Source of the DNA: an uncultured Pelagibacteraceae bacterium
GTDB taxonomy: Bacteria; Pseudomonadota; Alphaproteobacteria; Pelagibacterales; Pelagibacteraceae
Reading direction: 5' to 3'
NCBI GenBank assembly: GCA_902583455.1
Contig: CACHVY010000004.1
Location: 33,929 to 97,928 of the forward strand
Length of the DNA: 64,000 nucleotides
In this document: one piece after another, positions 8,736 to 18,862 of the stretch
Layout of the letters: each line of letters opens with the position of its first letter
Position numbering within the stretch: position 1 is the stretch's first letter
Position numbers and translations under genes: made by a program
The notes under the pieces: model-generated
What the model saw: the letters and a program-made list of their open reading frames with translations, nothing else
Databases searched by the model: none
Told to the model about the DNA's origin: nothing

Positions 8736-10181
8736 ATGACTAGTCTTTGGAAAAACTACGATGCTAAATCATCTTATGATGAATACTTAACACCTGAAAG
8801 AAAGTTAAGAAAAGAAGCTAAAATTATTTCAAGTATTTTAGATAGACACGGTAAGAAAAAACTTCAAGAAATAGATAGAAACTGTATGAGCACTATAGAC
8901 TCGAGAGGAATAAATTTCAAAGTTTATTCTGCTGATAAAAAAGCTGCGGAAGAAAAAAAATGGCCATTAGATATTATTCCTAGAATTGTTTTAAAAACAA
9001 AATGGAATAAAGTTAAAAAAGGATTAATTCAAAGATCAAAGGCATTAAATTTATTCATTGATGATGTTTATAATAGAAAAAAGATATTTAAGGATAAAAT
9101 CATTCCAGAAGATATAGTATTTAAATCAAAAAATTACCTGAAACAATGTGAGGGCTTTAGTCCTAAAAAGAAAATTTGGTCTCATATATCTGGTATTGAT
9201 TTGATAAGAAACATTAGTGGTGATTTTTTAGTACTTGAAGACAATTTACAAGTCCCATCAGGTGTATCTTACATGCTTGAAAATAGAATGGTGATGAGCC
9301 AAGTATTTCCTCAAATATTTACAAGATATAGAGTTTCTCCAATTGGTCACTATTGTAATAGACTTTATCATTGCATGCATGATGCAATACCTTACCAAAC
9401 AAAAAATCCTCATATGGTTGTTTTAACACCGGGGATTTATAACTCTGCATATTTTGAACATTCATTTTTAGCTCAACAAATGGGAGTAGCTCTTGTTGAA
9501 GGAAAAGATCTTTATGTTGAAAATGATAAAGTTTTCATGAAAACTATAGGTGGTGGTATTCGAGTGGATTGTATTTATAGAAGACTCAATGATACTTATT
9601 TAGATCCAAAATCATTTTTTAAAGGATCCTTAATAGGTGTCCCAGGTTTATTTAAAGCTTACAGAAAAGGAAATGTTGCAATATTAAATGCCCCTGGAAC
9701 CGGTTTTGCAGATGATAAATTAATTTATTCTTATGTTCCAGAAATAATAAAATACTATTTAGGAGAAGAGCCAAAACTTAAGCAAGTTGAAACATTTAGA
9801 TGTTTTGAAAAACTACAAAGAGATCATGTAATAGAAAATATTGGGAAAATGGTTGTTAAACCAGCAGATGGATCTGGTGGATATGGTATTATGATTGGGC
9901 CAAAAGCTAAAATAAAAGAAAGAGAAATATTTCAGAAAAGAATTAAAGATAACCCAAGAAATTATATTGCCCAGCCGTTAGAAGTATTATCAACAACTCC
10001 CACTCTTCAAGGTGATTTGTTTGAACCACGACACCAAGATTTAAGACCTTTTATATTATCTGGAAAAGAAACCTATGTAACAATGGGTGGTTTAACGCGT
10101 GTTGCTCTTAGAAAAGGTAGTACTATAGTAAATAGTTCAAGAGGTGGCGGTTCAAAAGATACTCTTGTTGTTGATATTTAA
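8736..10181 (+). CDS. Circularly permuted type 2 ATP-grasp protein
   Basis: WPLDIIPR, VLEDNLQVPSGVSYMLENR, LTPGIYNSAYFEH, IYRR, NAPGTGFADDK, VVKPADGSGGYG, GGLTRVAL, VNSSRGGGSKDT. Confidence 0.9.
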   Translation: MTSLWKNYDAKSSYDEYLTPERKLRKEAKIISSILDRHGKKKLQEIDRNCMSTIDSRGINFKVYSADKKAAEEKKWPLDIIPRIVLKTKWNKVKKGLIQRSKALNLFIDDVYNRKKIFKDKIIPEDIVFKSKNYLKQCEGFSPKKKIWSHISGIDLIRNISGDFLVLEDNLQVPSGVSYMLENRMVMSQVFPQIFTRYRVSPIGHYCNRLYHCMHDAIPYQTKNPHMVVLTPGIYNSAYFEHSFLAQQMGVALVEGKDLYVENDKVFMKTIGGGIRVDCIYRRLNDTYLDPKSFFKGSLIGVPGLFKAYRKGNVAILNAPGTGFADDKLIYSYVPEIIKYYLGEEPKLKQVETFRCFEKLQRDHVIENIGKMVVKPADGSGGYGIMIGPKAKIKEREIFQKRIKDNPRNYIAQPLEVLSTTPTLQGDLFEPRHQDLRPFILSGKETYVTMGGLTRVALRKGSTIVNSSRGGGSKDTLVVDI

Positions 10182-10981
10182 TGAATGCCAACCATAAAGT
10201 TTTAATATTTACAGATTTAGATGGAAGTTTATTAGATAGAGATACTTTTAAGTTCGATAAAATTTCAAAATATATTAAAGATTTAATTTCTAAAAACATT
10301 TCTATAATTCCTAATTCAAGTAAAACAAAAAAAGAAATAGAAAGCTTTAATAAAGAGTTAGATGAGGATTTGCCTTTTATAGTTGAAAATGGTGCTGGTA
10401 TTTATAATCTTAACTTAATTAATTCCAGTTTTCCTGAAAAAATTAGTTTAAGCAGAGAGATTAGTGAAATTTTAGATATTTTTGATGATAAAATTTCAAA
10501 AAAATATAAATCAAAATGTAAATTTATTAAAAATTTAACGAGCGATAAACAATTAAAAATTTTCGGGCAATCAAAAGAAAAAGTTAAATTAGCATTGAAA
10601 AGAGAATACTCAATACCCTTATTATACGATGGTTCAAAATCTGAAAAAGTAGATCTTATTAAGTCTGTAAATAATGCTGGCCTTTCATTACAAGAAGGGG
10701 GTAGAGTGATTAATCTTTGTGATAAAATAAGTAAATCTCAAGCGATGAAACATGTTGTTAAAATATTTAAGAAAATAAGCAAAGAAAAACTAATCACAAT
10801 TGGGGTTGGAGATAATTTCAACGATCTAGATATGCTTAAAAATAGTGATATACCTTGTTTAGTTTTTAATGATAAATTTACAATGGAAAAAATAAATATA
10901 GATAATTGTCTAGTATCAAAAAAACCTGCACCAGAGGGATGGGAAGAGGTAGTCAAATTGGCTCTGGATAAAATAAAATAA
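10181..10981 (+). CDS. gpgP: Glucosyl-/mannosyl-3-phosphoglycerate phosphatase (HAD IIB)
   Basis: FTDLDGSLLD, SSKT, FIVENGAGI, GDNFND; adjacent to gpgS. Confidence 0.82.
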   Translation: MNANHKVLIFTDLDGSLLDRDTFKFDKISKYIKDLISKNISIIPNSSKTKKEIESFNKELDEDLPFIVENGAGIYNLNLINSSFPEKISLSREISEILDIFDDKISKKYKSKCKFIKNLTSDKQLKIFGQSKEKVKLALKREYSIPLLYDGSKSEKVDLIKSVNNAGLSLQEGGRVINLCDKISKSQAMKHVVKIFKKISKEKLITIGVGDNFNDLDMLKNSDIPCLVFNDKFTMEKINIDNCLVSKKPAPEGWEEVVKLALDKIK

Positions 10982-10998
10982 TGTTACTAGAATAAGTT

Positions 10999-12219
10999 AT
11001 GGGTGATTTTTCTCAAAATGGTATCGTCTCAACACTCCATGATTTTGGAACAAAATCCACAACTGAAATTGAAAAGGATTTACTAAATTTTTCTAAAGAA
11101 AGAAAAATGGAGTTAATTCTCCCATGTTTATATTCAGAATTAGAGGGTTCTGCTCTACCTAATATTGTAGATCAAATAAGTAAGACAAAATACTTAAACC
11201 ACGTAATTATAGGATTAGATAAAGCTTCAGAAAGCCAAGCTAAAAAGGCTTGGAAATTTTTTAAAAAAATAAATGTACCTTTTACAATTTTATGGAACGA
11301 TGGACCTAAACTTAAAAAATTAGATAACGAGTTAGAGAAAAAAAATTTAGCACCAAATCAAATGGGTAAAGGTAGAAATGTTTGGTATTGTATTGGAATG
11401 TGCATAGCACGAGATACAGCTAGATCTGTTGCATTACATGATTGTGATATAAAGACTTACGATAGAAGAATGCTTGCTAAATTATTTTACCCAGTTGTAA
11501 ATCCTCTATTTAACTTTGAATTTTGTAAAGGTTATTATCCGCGAATTGCAAATAATAAAATGAATGGAAGAGTGGCAAGACTTCTGGTTGGACCTTTGTT
11601 AACAGCATTAGAAAAAACAATTGGCCAAAGTGAATATTTAAATTTTATGAAATCCTTCAAATATCCTTTAGCTGGTGAATTTTCATTCAGACGTAATGTG
11701 TTACCAGAATTAAGGATTTCATCGGATTGGGGTATAGAAGTTGGAATTTTATCAGAGATGCAAAGAAGTTTTTCACCAAATAATATTTGCCAAGTTGATT
11801 TAGCAGACTCTTATGATCATAAACATCAAGATCTCTCTATCGATGATGAAACTAAAGGACTATCAAAAATGTCTATTGATATTATAAAAACATTTATAAA
11901 AAAATTAGCCACTCAAGGAAACTCATTTAGTAGAGAAACTTTCAGATCTTTAAAAGCAACCTATTACAGATCAGCATTAGACTTGATTGATATTTATAGA
12001 AGTGATGCTGCAATGAATGGATTAAAATTTGACTCCCACAAAGAAGAGGAAGCTGTTGAATTATTTGCAGTAAATATTATGAAAGCAGGAGAAGCTTTTT
12101 ATATAAATCCAATGGACACGCCATTTATTCCAACTTGGAGTAGAGTGAAAAGCGCAATACCTGATTTTCTTGTAAGATTAAATGAAGCTGTTAGTGAAGA
12201 TAATAAAAAATTTATTTAA
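10999..12219 (+). CDS. gpgS: Glucosyl-3-phosphoglycerate synthase (GT-A fold)
   Basis: MGDFSQNGIVSTLH, GKGRNVW, LHDCDI, KGYYPR, GRVARLL, YPLAGEF, DWGIEVG, YDHKHQ. Confidence 0.82.
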   Translation: MGDFSQNGIVSTLHDFGTKSTTEIEKDLLNFSKERKMELILPCLYSELEGSALPNIVDQISKTKYLNHVIIGLDKASESQAKKAWKFFKKINVPFTILWNDGPKLKKLDNELEKKNLAPNQMGKGRNVWYCIGMCIARDTARSVALHDCDIKTYDRRMLAKLFYPVVNPLFNFEFCKGYYPRIANNKMNGRVARLLVGPLLTALEKTIGQSEYLNFMKSFKYPLAGEFSFRRNVLPELRISSDWGIEVGILSEMQRSFSPNNICQVDLADSYDHKHQDLSIDDETKGLSKMSIDIIKTFIKKLATQGNSFSRETFRSLKATYYRSALDLIDIYRSDAAMNGLKFDSHKEEEAVELFAVNIMKAGEAFYINPMDTPFIPTWSRVKSAIPDFLVRLNEAVSEDNKKFI

Positions 12220-13952
12220 TGTTATCAAGCACAGTAAAAAGTCAAATAAATTCTAAGCTTAAAAATATTTATAGTAAAAATTTTAAAAATAAAGACTTGA
12301 AAATATTTTCTGATGAAATTTTTGAATTAATTAAAATTTCTAATAAAAAAATATTAAAAGCTAAAACTAAAAAATTGAAAATATCTGAAGATACTACGGT
12401 TGTGATTTGTTATGGTGATAGTGTTTATGATAATGGAAAAATAAATTCAATTAAGTCATTTAAGAATTTTTATAATAAAAATTTATCAAAGTATTTTAAT
12501 ACAATACATTTTTTACCATTTTATCCCTCAAGTAGTGACAGTGGATTTGCTGTTAAAGATCATTATAAAATTGATAGTAAATTAGGTTCTTGGGCAGATA
12601 TAAATAATTTTTCAAAAAAAAATAATATTATGGCTGATATTGTTATAAATCATGCCTCGTCAAAAGGTCTATGGTTTAAAAATTTTTTAAAAGATAAATC
12701 ACCAGGAAAAGATTACTTTTTAAAGGTAAATAATAAATTTGATGTTTCTAAAGTTGTAAGACCACGGGAAAATAAATTACTTAAGAAGATACATGTTTTT
12801 AGTAAGCCAGATTTTATATGGAGAACATTTAGCTCTGACCAAATAGATTTGAATTTTAAAAATCCAAAAGTATTAATGCGTTTTATTAAAATTATGATCA
12901 ACTTAGCATGTCATGGAGTTTCAATTTTTAGACTAGATGCGATTGCCTATTTATGGAAAGAAAGCGGTACTAAATGTATAAATCTCAAGCAAACACATGA
13001 AATAATTAAATTACTAAGAGTCATATGTAACTCTTTGCAAAATTCCCCTTATTTAATTACTGAAACTAATTTACCTGAAAAAGAAAACTTAAGTTATTTT
13101 GGAAAGAAGAATGATGAAGCTAACTGGATATATAATTTTACATTACCTCCCCTTCTAATTCACGCTTTTCTTTTTGAAGATAGTTCAAAATTAAATCAAT
13201 GGATAAAAAAATTACCGTCAACAAATTTAAAAAATAATTATTTTAATTTTATTGCTTCACATGATGGTATAGGAATGAGACCTGCTGAAGGTTATTTAAA
13301 CAAGGGCGTCCTTAACAACTTATTTAAAAGATTGAGGAAAAATGGAGCACAGCTTTCTTATAGAAAAATAAATAAAACACAAAAAAAAGTTTATGAAGTT
13401 AACATAACTCTCTTTAACGCTTTCAAAAATACTGATTATGATAAAAAAGGATTATATTCTTTAGAAAGATATATCTCTGCGCATGCAATAATGTTTTCCA
13501 TTGAGGGTGTGCCTGCTGTTTACTTTAATTCAATATTTGGCAAGGCTAATGACGAATATAAATATGTTATATCTAATAATAAAAGAGACCTTAACAGATA
13601 TAAATGGAACAAGTCAAAATTAGATAGATTTTTAAAAGATAAAAAGTCTAAACAAAAAATTTATTACGATCATATCACTAATTTATTAAAGATAAGAATA
13701 AAACAAAAAGCCTTCCATCCAAACGCATCCATGCAGTGTTTATCTTTTGGTAAAAAAATACTTGCCTTTAAAAGAATTAGTTTAGATAAAAAACAAATTA
13801 TTATTTGTATTACAAATATGTCCTCAAAATCTCAAAGTGTGTTATTAGCTAATAATGAAAATAAATATAAAAACCTTTTAAGTAAAAATGTTAATATTAC
13901 TGATAAAAGATTAATCCTAAAACCTTTTGAAACAGTTTGGCTATCTAATTAG
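12219..13952 (+). CDS. GH13_18 sucrose-phosphorylase-family enzyme, probably glucosylglycerate phosphorylase
   Basis: HFLPFYPSSSDSGFAV, WRTFSSDQIDLN, RLDAIAYLWK, ITETN, ASHDGIG, YEVN. Confidence 0.8.
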   Translation: MLSSTVKSQINSKLKNIYSKNFKNKDLKIFSDEIFELIKISNKKILKAKTKKLKISEDTTVVICYGDSVYDNGKINSIKSFKNFYNKNLSKYFNTIHFLPFYPSSSDSGFAVKDHYKIDSKLGSWADINNFSKKNNIMADIVINHASSKGLWFKNFLKDKSPGKDYFLKVNNKFDVSKVVRPRENKLLKKIHVFSKPDFIWRTFSSDQIDLNFKNPKVLMRFIKIMINLACHGVSIFRLDAIAYLWKESGTKCINLKQTHEIIKLLRVICNSLQNSPYLITETNLPEKENLSYFGKKNDEANWIYNFTLPPLLIHAFLFEDSSKLNQWIKKLPSTNLKNNYFNFIASHDGIGMRPAEGYLNKGVLNNLFKRLRKNGAQLSYRKINKTQKKVYEVNITLFNAFKNTDYDKKGLYSLERYISAHAIMFSIEGVPAVYFNSIFGKANDEYKYVISNNKRDLNRYKWNKSKLDRFLKDKKSKQKIYYDHITNLLKIRIKQKAFHPNASMQCLSFGKKILAFKRISLDKKQIIICITNMSSKSQSVLLANNENKYKNLLSKNVNITDKRLILKPFETVWLSN

Positions 13953-14260
13953 AAAACAAAAATAACAATCCAATATGAAGATAGACCTGATACAATTGTT
14001 AAAATAACATTCCTCGTAAAAAACCCAATTACCAAAGCAGTTATTGCTCCAAATATTTTTGGATCACTTATTGTAACAAAGGCTCCAACATCATCTAACA
14101 AAACTCCAGGAAAAATTATTGATGGGAAAACTACAGATGGCACATAATTTAAAATCTTTCTCAAATTATAACTGATCATTTCTTTTCTTATTAATGTAAC
14201 CATACTCACTCTTGTAAAATAAGTTAAAATTCCAGCTATAAAAATTGAAGTCCAAGTCAT
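13949..14260 (-). CDS. azlD: AzlD-family membrane protein
   Basis: 103 aa, hydrophobic, TYFTR...LNYVP; overlaps azlC. Confidence 0.75.
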   Translation of the reverse strand: MTWTSIFIAGILTYFTRVSMVTLIRKEMISYNLRKILNYVPSVVFPSIIFPGVLLDDVGAFVTISDPKIFGAITALVIGFFTRNVILTIVSGLSSYWIVIFVF

Positions 14261-14943
14261 TTTTTTAATTTATTGATTATCATTGCCGCAAAAAGTCCAA
14301 TTAATGGTGAAATTATTATGTAAGTTTTAAAAGGAGCATTATAAAAAAAAGTTGCTGCTAAACCTGAAACTAACATAACTAAAACATGATCAAATTTTCT
14401 CAGCTCATTTACTATTATTGCAATAAATGTTAAAGGAATTGCGAATTTCAATCCAAGTTCTTCGGGAACAATGGATCCCAAGTAAATTCCCATTATTGTA
14501 GATGCCTGCCAAATAAACCAAAGGATTATCCCAGAGCCCAATAAATGATAATGATTAAATTCCTCGGTTGGATTTTTTTTAAAATATTGATTTGAAACAG
14601 CAAATCCTTGATCGACTATAAAATAAGAAATAAAAAGTTTTTTAATTAAAGATAATTTTTGTAAGTATTCAGATAATACTGCGCCATATAAGAAATGTCT
14701 TGAATTTATTATTCCAACAGAGGTAATAGCAATTAATGAGGATGCACCACCAGATAAAAGTTGAAGAAAAACTATTTGAGAAGCACCACCGAAAATTATT
14801 AATGAAGTCGCATAGGTAAATAAAGGACTAAAACCTAGCTCAATACCAATTGCACCGAATATTATTCCAAAAGGAAAAACTGATAATAAATGTGGTGCAA
14901 CATCTTTTATTCCAATTTTGAAAATTTCGTATTTTGAACGCAT
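14257..14943 (-). CDS. azlC: AzlC-family branched-chain amino acid exporter permease
   Basis: PFGIIFG, FGGASQ, INSRHFLYG. Confidence 0.85.
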   Translation of the reverse strand: MRSKYEIFKIGIKDVAPHLLSVFPFGIIFGAIGIELGFSPLFTYATSLIIFGGASQIVFLQLLSGGASSLIAITSVGIINSRHFLYGAVLSEYLQKLSLIKKLFISYFIVDQGFAVSNQYFKKNPTEEFNHYHLLGSGIILWFIWQASTIMGIYLGSIVPEELGLKFAIPLTFIAIIVNELRKFDHVLVMLVSGLAATFFYNAPFKTYIIISPLIGLFAAMIINKLKK

Positions 14944-15348
14944 TTAAAAATTTCTAAGAGCTTTTTCTAAATATTTGATATCTAATTTACAGTCTTTGTA
15001 TCCTTGTTTGATTACATCAAGATACCTTTTGCTTGGGTAAATGAATAAACCTTTTTTAACCATGCTGTATGCCATAATTTTTTGACTATCATTATTAAAA
15101 TATATTTTTTTGTATAAGATTGGAAAATCCTCATAAATATCGAGTTTTTTTTCATCTGATTTAGATATTTCATAAAGACCACCTTGTATGGAATAATTTT
15201 TTTTACTCTCTATATCTGCAACTCCATATTTACTTCTGAATGTAAGTCTAAAACCTTTGATTTCAAATTTCTTTATATATTTAGAATCTTTGCATCTTTT
15301 TTTCATTTGAAAATGATTTAAGTTACTACCGTAAGCAAAATATAACAT
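14944..15348 (-). CDS. Gamma-glutamylcyclotransferase family protein
   Basis: YFAYGSNL, LDIYE, PSKRYLDVIKQG. Confidence 0.85.
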   Translation of the reverse strand: MLYFAYGSNLNHFQMKKRCKDSKYIKKFEIKGFRLTFRSKYGVADIESKKNYSIQGGLYEISKSDEKKLDIYEDFPILYKKIYFNNDSQKIMAYSMVKKGLFIYPSKRYLDVIKQGYKDCKLDIKYLEKALRNF

Positions 15349-15354
15349 TTTGAT

Positions 15355-16098
15355 TTAAACTATTTGAATTTCTTTGTCTTTAACAAATTTAATTATTTCT
15401 GATTTACAAAATTCAATTTTGTTTTTATCTGTTGATCTAAGTACTATTGCTACTCCAAGCTTACCTGCTTTAAAAAAAGGGTAGCTACCAATTTCAACAT
15501 CAGTATTTTTATTTTGTACATCGGTTAAAGATTTTGCAATTTCGCTTTCAACAGTCCTCAAGTTTATTGTTTCACTTAAGATAGGTTCACCGCCTGCAAT
15601 TTTATTTGTTAAACTACCAAGCATTGACTGCATTATCGATGGTACTCCAGGTAAACAAAAAACATTTTCCACATTAAAACCTGGAGATCCACTTGATGGG
15701 TTGTATATTAAATTGGCTGTTACAGGCATTTTTGCCATTTTTTGCCGACCATCATTAAACTCACCTGGTTTATAATAACTTTCTAAAATTGAATATGCCT
15801 CTTTGTGAAAACCGTACTCTATATTAAAAGCTTTTGAAATTGACTCTGCTGTTATGTCATCATGTGTTGGTCCAATTCCTCCAGTAGTAAATACATAGTC
15901 ATAAGATTTACGGTATTGATTGACAGTATTTATAATTGTTTGTTCATCATCTGGTATAATTTTTACTTCTTTAACTTTAACTCCCAAAGAATTTAGCCAT
16001 GTGGCAAGAGTGCTTGTATTAATATCTTTAGTTCTGCCAGACAGCACTTCGTTACCAATAATTATAATTCCAGCAATTATTTCTTTCTTATTTGACAT
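15355..16098 (-). CDS. CinA-like molybdopterin-binding domain protein
   Basis: IIIGNEVLSGRTKDIN, TTGGIGPTHDDIT, LPGVP, IGSYP. Start moved to ATG 16098 (MSNKKE). Confidence 0.85.
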   Translation of the reverse strand: MSNKKEIIAGIIIIGNEVLSGRTKDINTSTLATWLNSLGVKVKEVKIIPDDEQTIINTVNQYRKSYDYVFTTGGIGPTHDDITAESISKAFNIEYGFHKEAYSILESYYKPGEFNDGRQKMAKMPVTANLIYNPSSGSPGFNVENVFCLPGVPSIMQSMLGSLTNKIAGGEPILSETINLRTVESEIAKSLTDVQNKNTDVEIGSYPFFKAGKLGVAIVLRSTDKNKIEFCKSEIIKFVKDKEIQIV

Positions 16099-16120
16099 AT
16101 ACAAATATAAATTAAATATT

Positions 16121-16807
16121 ATGAAATTTACCAATACTTTAATTAAAGGCAAATTAATCAAGCGATATAAAAGATTTTTTACAGATATAAAAGTAAATAA
16201 TTCAATAGTTACAGCTCATTGTCCTAACACAGGTTCCATGAAAGGTCTTTTAGATAAAAATAATACAGTTTTTTTGTCTAAAAGTGATGATCCAAAAAGA
16301 AAGTTGAAATTTACTTTAGAAATAATTGAAGCTAATAAAAAATTAGTTGGAGTAAATACTCACAGGGCAAATAAAATTGTTGCTGATGGATTAAACAAGG
16401 GATTGATAAACGAATTTAAATCTATCAAAAATATTAAACCTGAATTTAAGTTTTCAAGTGATACTAGGTTCGATTTTTTGTGTGATAAAAGTATAATTGA
16501 AGTAAAAAATGTTACTCTTTTGAGGGATCAAAAAGTAGCTGAATTTCCTGATGCTGTAACTGAAAGAGGCTCTAAACATCTAAAAAAGTTAATTGAAGCT
16601 TTAAAACAAGGCTATAAACCATTTGTCTTATTTTTAACTCAAATACAGGGTATTAATAACTTTAAAATAGCTAAAGATATAGATTTAAATTATTACAAAA
16701 ATTATTTAATAGCTAAAAAGAGTGGTGTGAGATTTTTAGCCTATAGATGTTTATTGAGTAACAAAGAAATTAAAATTGATAAAAAAATAAATATTATTGA
16801 TGAATAA
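16121..16807 (+). CDS. sfsA: DNA/RNA nuclease SfsA
   Basis: RYKRF, AHCPNTGSMKG, RFDF, EVKNVTL, FPDAVTERGSKHL. Start moved to ATG 16121. Confidence 0.92.
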   Translation: MKFTNTLIKGKLIKRYKRFFTDIKVNNSIVTAHCPNTGSMKGLLDKNNTVFLSKSDDPKRKLKFTLEIIEANKKLVGVNTHRANKIVADGLNKGLINEFKSIKNIKPEFKFSSDTRFDFLCDKSIIEVKNVTLLRDQKVAEFPDAVTERGSKHLKKLIEALKQGYKPFVLFLTQIQGINNFKIAKDIDLNYYKNYLIAKKSGVRFLAYRCLLSNKEIKIDKKINIIDE

Positions 16808-17570
16808 TTATTCTGAGAAATTCGAAAAAATGAGAAAAGCTGGGTCACTTGCATCTAGTACTTTAGACATGATTACAGATTATATTAAACCTGGTTTAAG
16901 CACTAATAAAATAGATGAGTTGTGTTATGAATTTATCAAAGATTATGGTGGCCACTCTGCCCCACTTTATTATCGTGGTTTTAATAAATCTATATGCACA
17001 TCATTAAATCATGTTGTTTGTCATGGAATACCTGGTGAGAGAGTTTTGGAAGATGGAGATATATTAAATATCGATGTGACTGCAATACTTCACAATCATT
17101 ACGGTGATACAAGTCGAATGTTTACAGTAGGAAAACCCTCTGTCAAATCAATGAATTTAATTAATGTAACTTACGAGTCTTTAATGAAATCAATTGAAAT
17201 TTTAAAACCTGGTAAAAAATTAGGCGACATTGGTCATGAAATACAAACACATGTAGAAAAAGCAGGTTTTAGTGTTGTAAGAGATTTTTGTGGACATGGA
17301 ATAGGTGATGTATTTCACCAAAGTCCAAATGTATTACATTATGGAAAAAAGAATACAGGACCTGAATTACAACCTGGGATGACATTTACTATAGAGCCAA
17401 TGATTAATGCTGGTAAATATGAGGTTAAAATTTTAAATGATGGATGGACAGCCGTAACTAAAGATAAAGCCTTATCTGCGCAATTCGAACATACAGTTGG
17501 TATAACTGATAATGGATATGAAATTTTTACAGAATCTGTTAAAAACTTAAAGAGGCCTCCTTATAATTAA
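16797..17570 (+). CDS. map: Methionine aminopeptidase type I
   Basis: CTSLNHVVCHGIP, GDTSRMF, FCGHGIG, FTIEPMIN, SAQFEHT. Confidence 0.97.
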   Translation: MMNNYSEKFEKMRKAGSLASSTLDMITDYIKPGLSTNKIDELCYEFIKDYGGHSAPLYYRGFNKSICTSLNHVVCHGIPGERVLEDGDILNIDVTAILHNHYGDTSRMFTVGKPSVKSMNLINVTYESLMKSIEILKPGKKLGDIGHEIQTHVEKAGFSVVRDFCGHGIGDVFHQSPNVLHYGKKNTGPELQPGMTFTIEPMINAGKYEVKILNDGWTAVTKDKALSAQFEHTVGITDNGYEIFTESVKNLKRPPYN

Positions 17571-18862
17571 TGATATCTAGATACTCCAGAAAAGAACTCA
17601 CAAGTATTTGGTCTGAAGAGAATAAGTATAAAATTTGGCTTGATGTAGAGATAGCTGCAGCGCAAGCAATGGAAAAACTTGGTCAAATACCTAGGGGCGT
17701 ATCATCAATTGTAAGAAAAAAAGCAAGAATTAATGTTAAAAGGATACATCAAATTGAAAGTCAGGTTAAACACGACGTAATTGCTTTTTTAACTTCTGTT
17801 ACTGAAAAAGCAGGAATAAAAGCAAGATATCTCCATCAAGGCATGACTTCATCTGATGTTTTGGATACTAGTTTTAATATACAATTAGTTCAGTCTGGTA
17901 AAATAATTCTTAAAGACTTAGATCAAATTTTAAAAGTTTTAAAAAAACAAGCTAAGAAATACCAATTCACACCTTGTATGGGTAGAAGTCATGGTATTCA
18001 TGCAGAACCTATTACATTTGGTTTAAAGTTAGCATCTTATTACGCAGAATTTAAAAGAAATAAAAAAAGATTAGAATTAGCAATTGATGAAGTATCTACA
18101 TGCGCAATATCAGGTGCTGTTGGTACTTTTGCAAATATTAATCCAAGTGTTGAAAAACATGTAGCAAAAAAATTAGGTTTACAAATCGAACCTATTTCAA
18201 CTCAAGTAATTCCACGAGACAGACATGCGTTTTATTTTTCAGTTTTAGGCATAATAGCAGGATCTATTGAGAGAGTTGCAACCGAAATAAGACATTTACA
18301 AAGAACTGAAGTTTATGAATTACAAGAATTTTTTTCAAAGAAACAAAAAGGTTCATCTGCTATGCCACACAAAAAAAATCCAATATTAAGTGAAAATTTA
18401 ACAGGGCTAGCAAGAATGGTTAGAAGCTCTGTTGTGCCTGCACTTGAAAATATAGCCTTATGGCATGAAAGAGACATTTCACACTCGAGTGTAGAAAGAA
18501 ATATAGGGCCTGATGCAAATATAACTTTAGATTTTGCATTGGTAAGACTTTCAAACATACTGGACAACATGATTGTTTACCCAAAAAAGATGCTCCAAAA
18601 TTTAAATATCACGAAGGGCTTAATTTTTTCCCAAGAACTAATGTTAGAACTTACGAAAACTGGTTTATCAAGAGAAAAGTCCTACAGAATGGTTCAAAAT
18701 TATGCAAAAAAATGCTTTGCTGAAAATTTAGATCTGTTTAATGTTATACAGTCTGACAAATATATAATGAGTAAAATTCCATCTCAAAAACTAAAAACTA
18801 TTTTCAGTTATTCTAAACATTTTAAAAATGTAAATTTAATTTTTAGAAGAGTGTTTAAATAA
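17570..18862 (+). CDS. purB: Adenylosuccinate lyase
   Basis: GRSHGIHAEP, GSSAMPHKKNP, WHERDISHSSVER. Confidence 0.97.
   Translation: MISRYSRKELTSIWSEENKYKIWLDVEIAAAQAMEKLGQIPRGVSSIVRKKARINVKRIHQIESQVKHDVIAFLTSVTEKAGIKARYLHQGMTSSDVLDTSFNIQLVQSGKIILKDLDQILKVLKKQAKKYQFTPCMGRSHGIHAEPITFGLKLASYYAEFKRNKKRLELAIDEVSTCAISGAVGTFANINPSVEKHVAKKLGLQIEPISTQVIPRDRHAFYFSVLGIIAGSIERVATEIRHLQRTEVYELQEFFSKKQKGSSAMPHKKNPILSENLTGLARMVRSSVVPALENIALWHERDISHSSVERNIGPDANITLDFALVRLSNILDNMIVYPKKMLQNLNITKGLIFSQELMLELTKTGLSREKSYRMVQNYAKKCFAENLDLFNVIQSDKYIMSKIPSQKLKTIFSYSKHFKNVNLIFRRVFK

Noticed and set aside
15920-16161. Apparent head-to-head overlap of the cinA-like gene and sfsA
   Set aside because: Artefact of longest-ORF starts. 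With starts at 16098 and 16121 the genes do not overlap.
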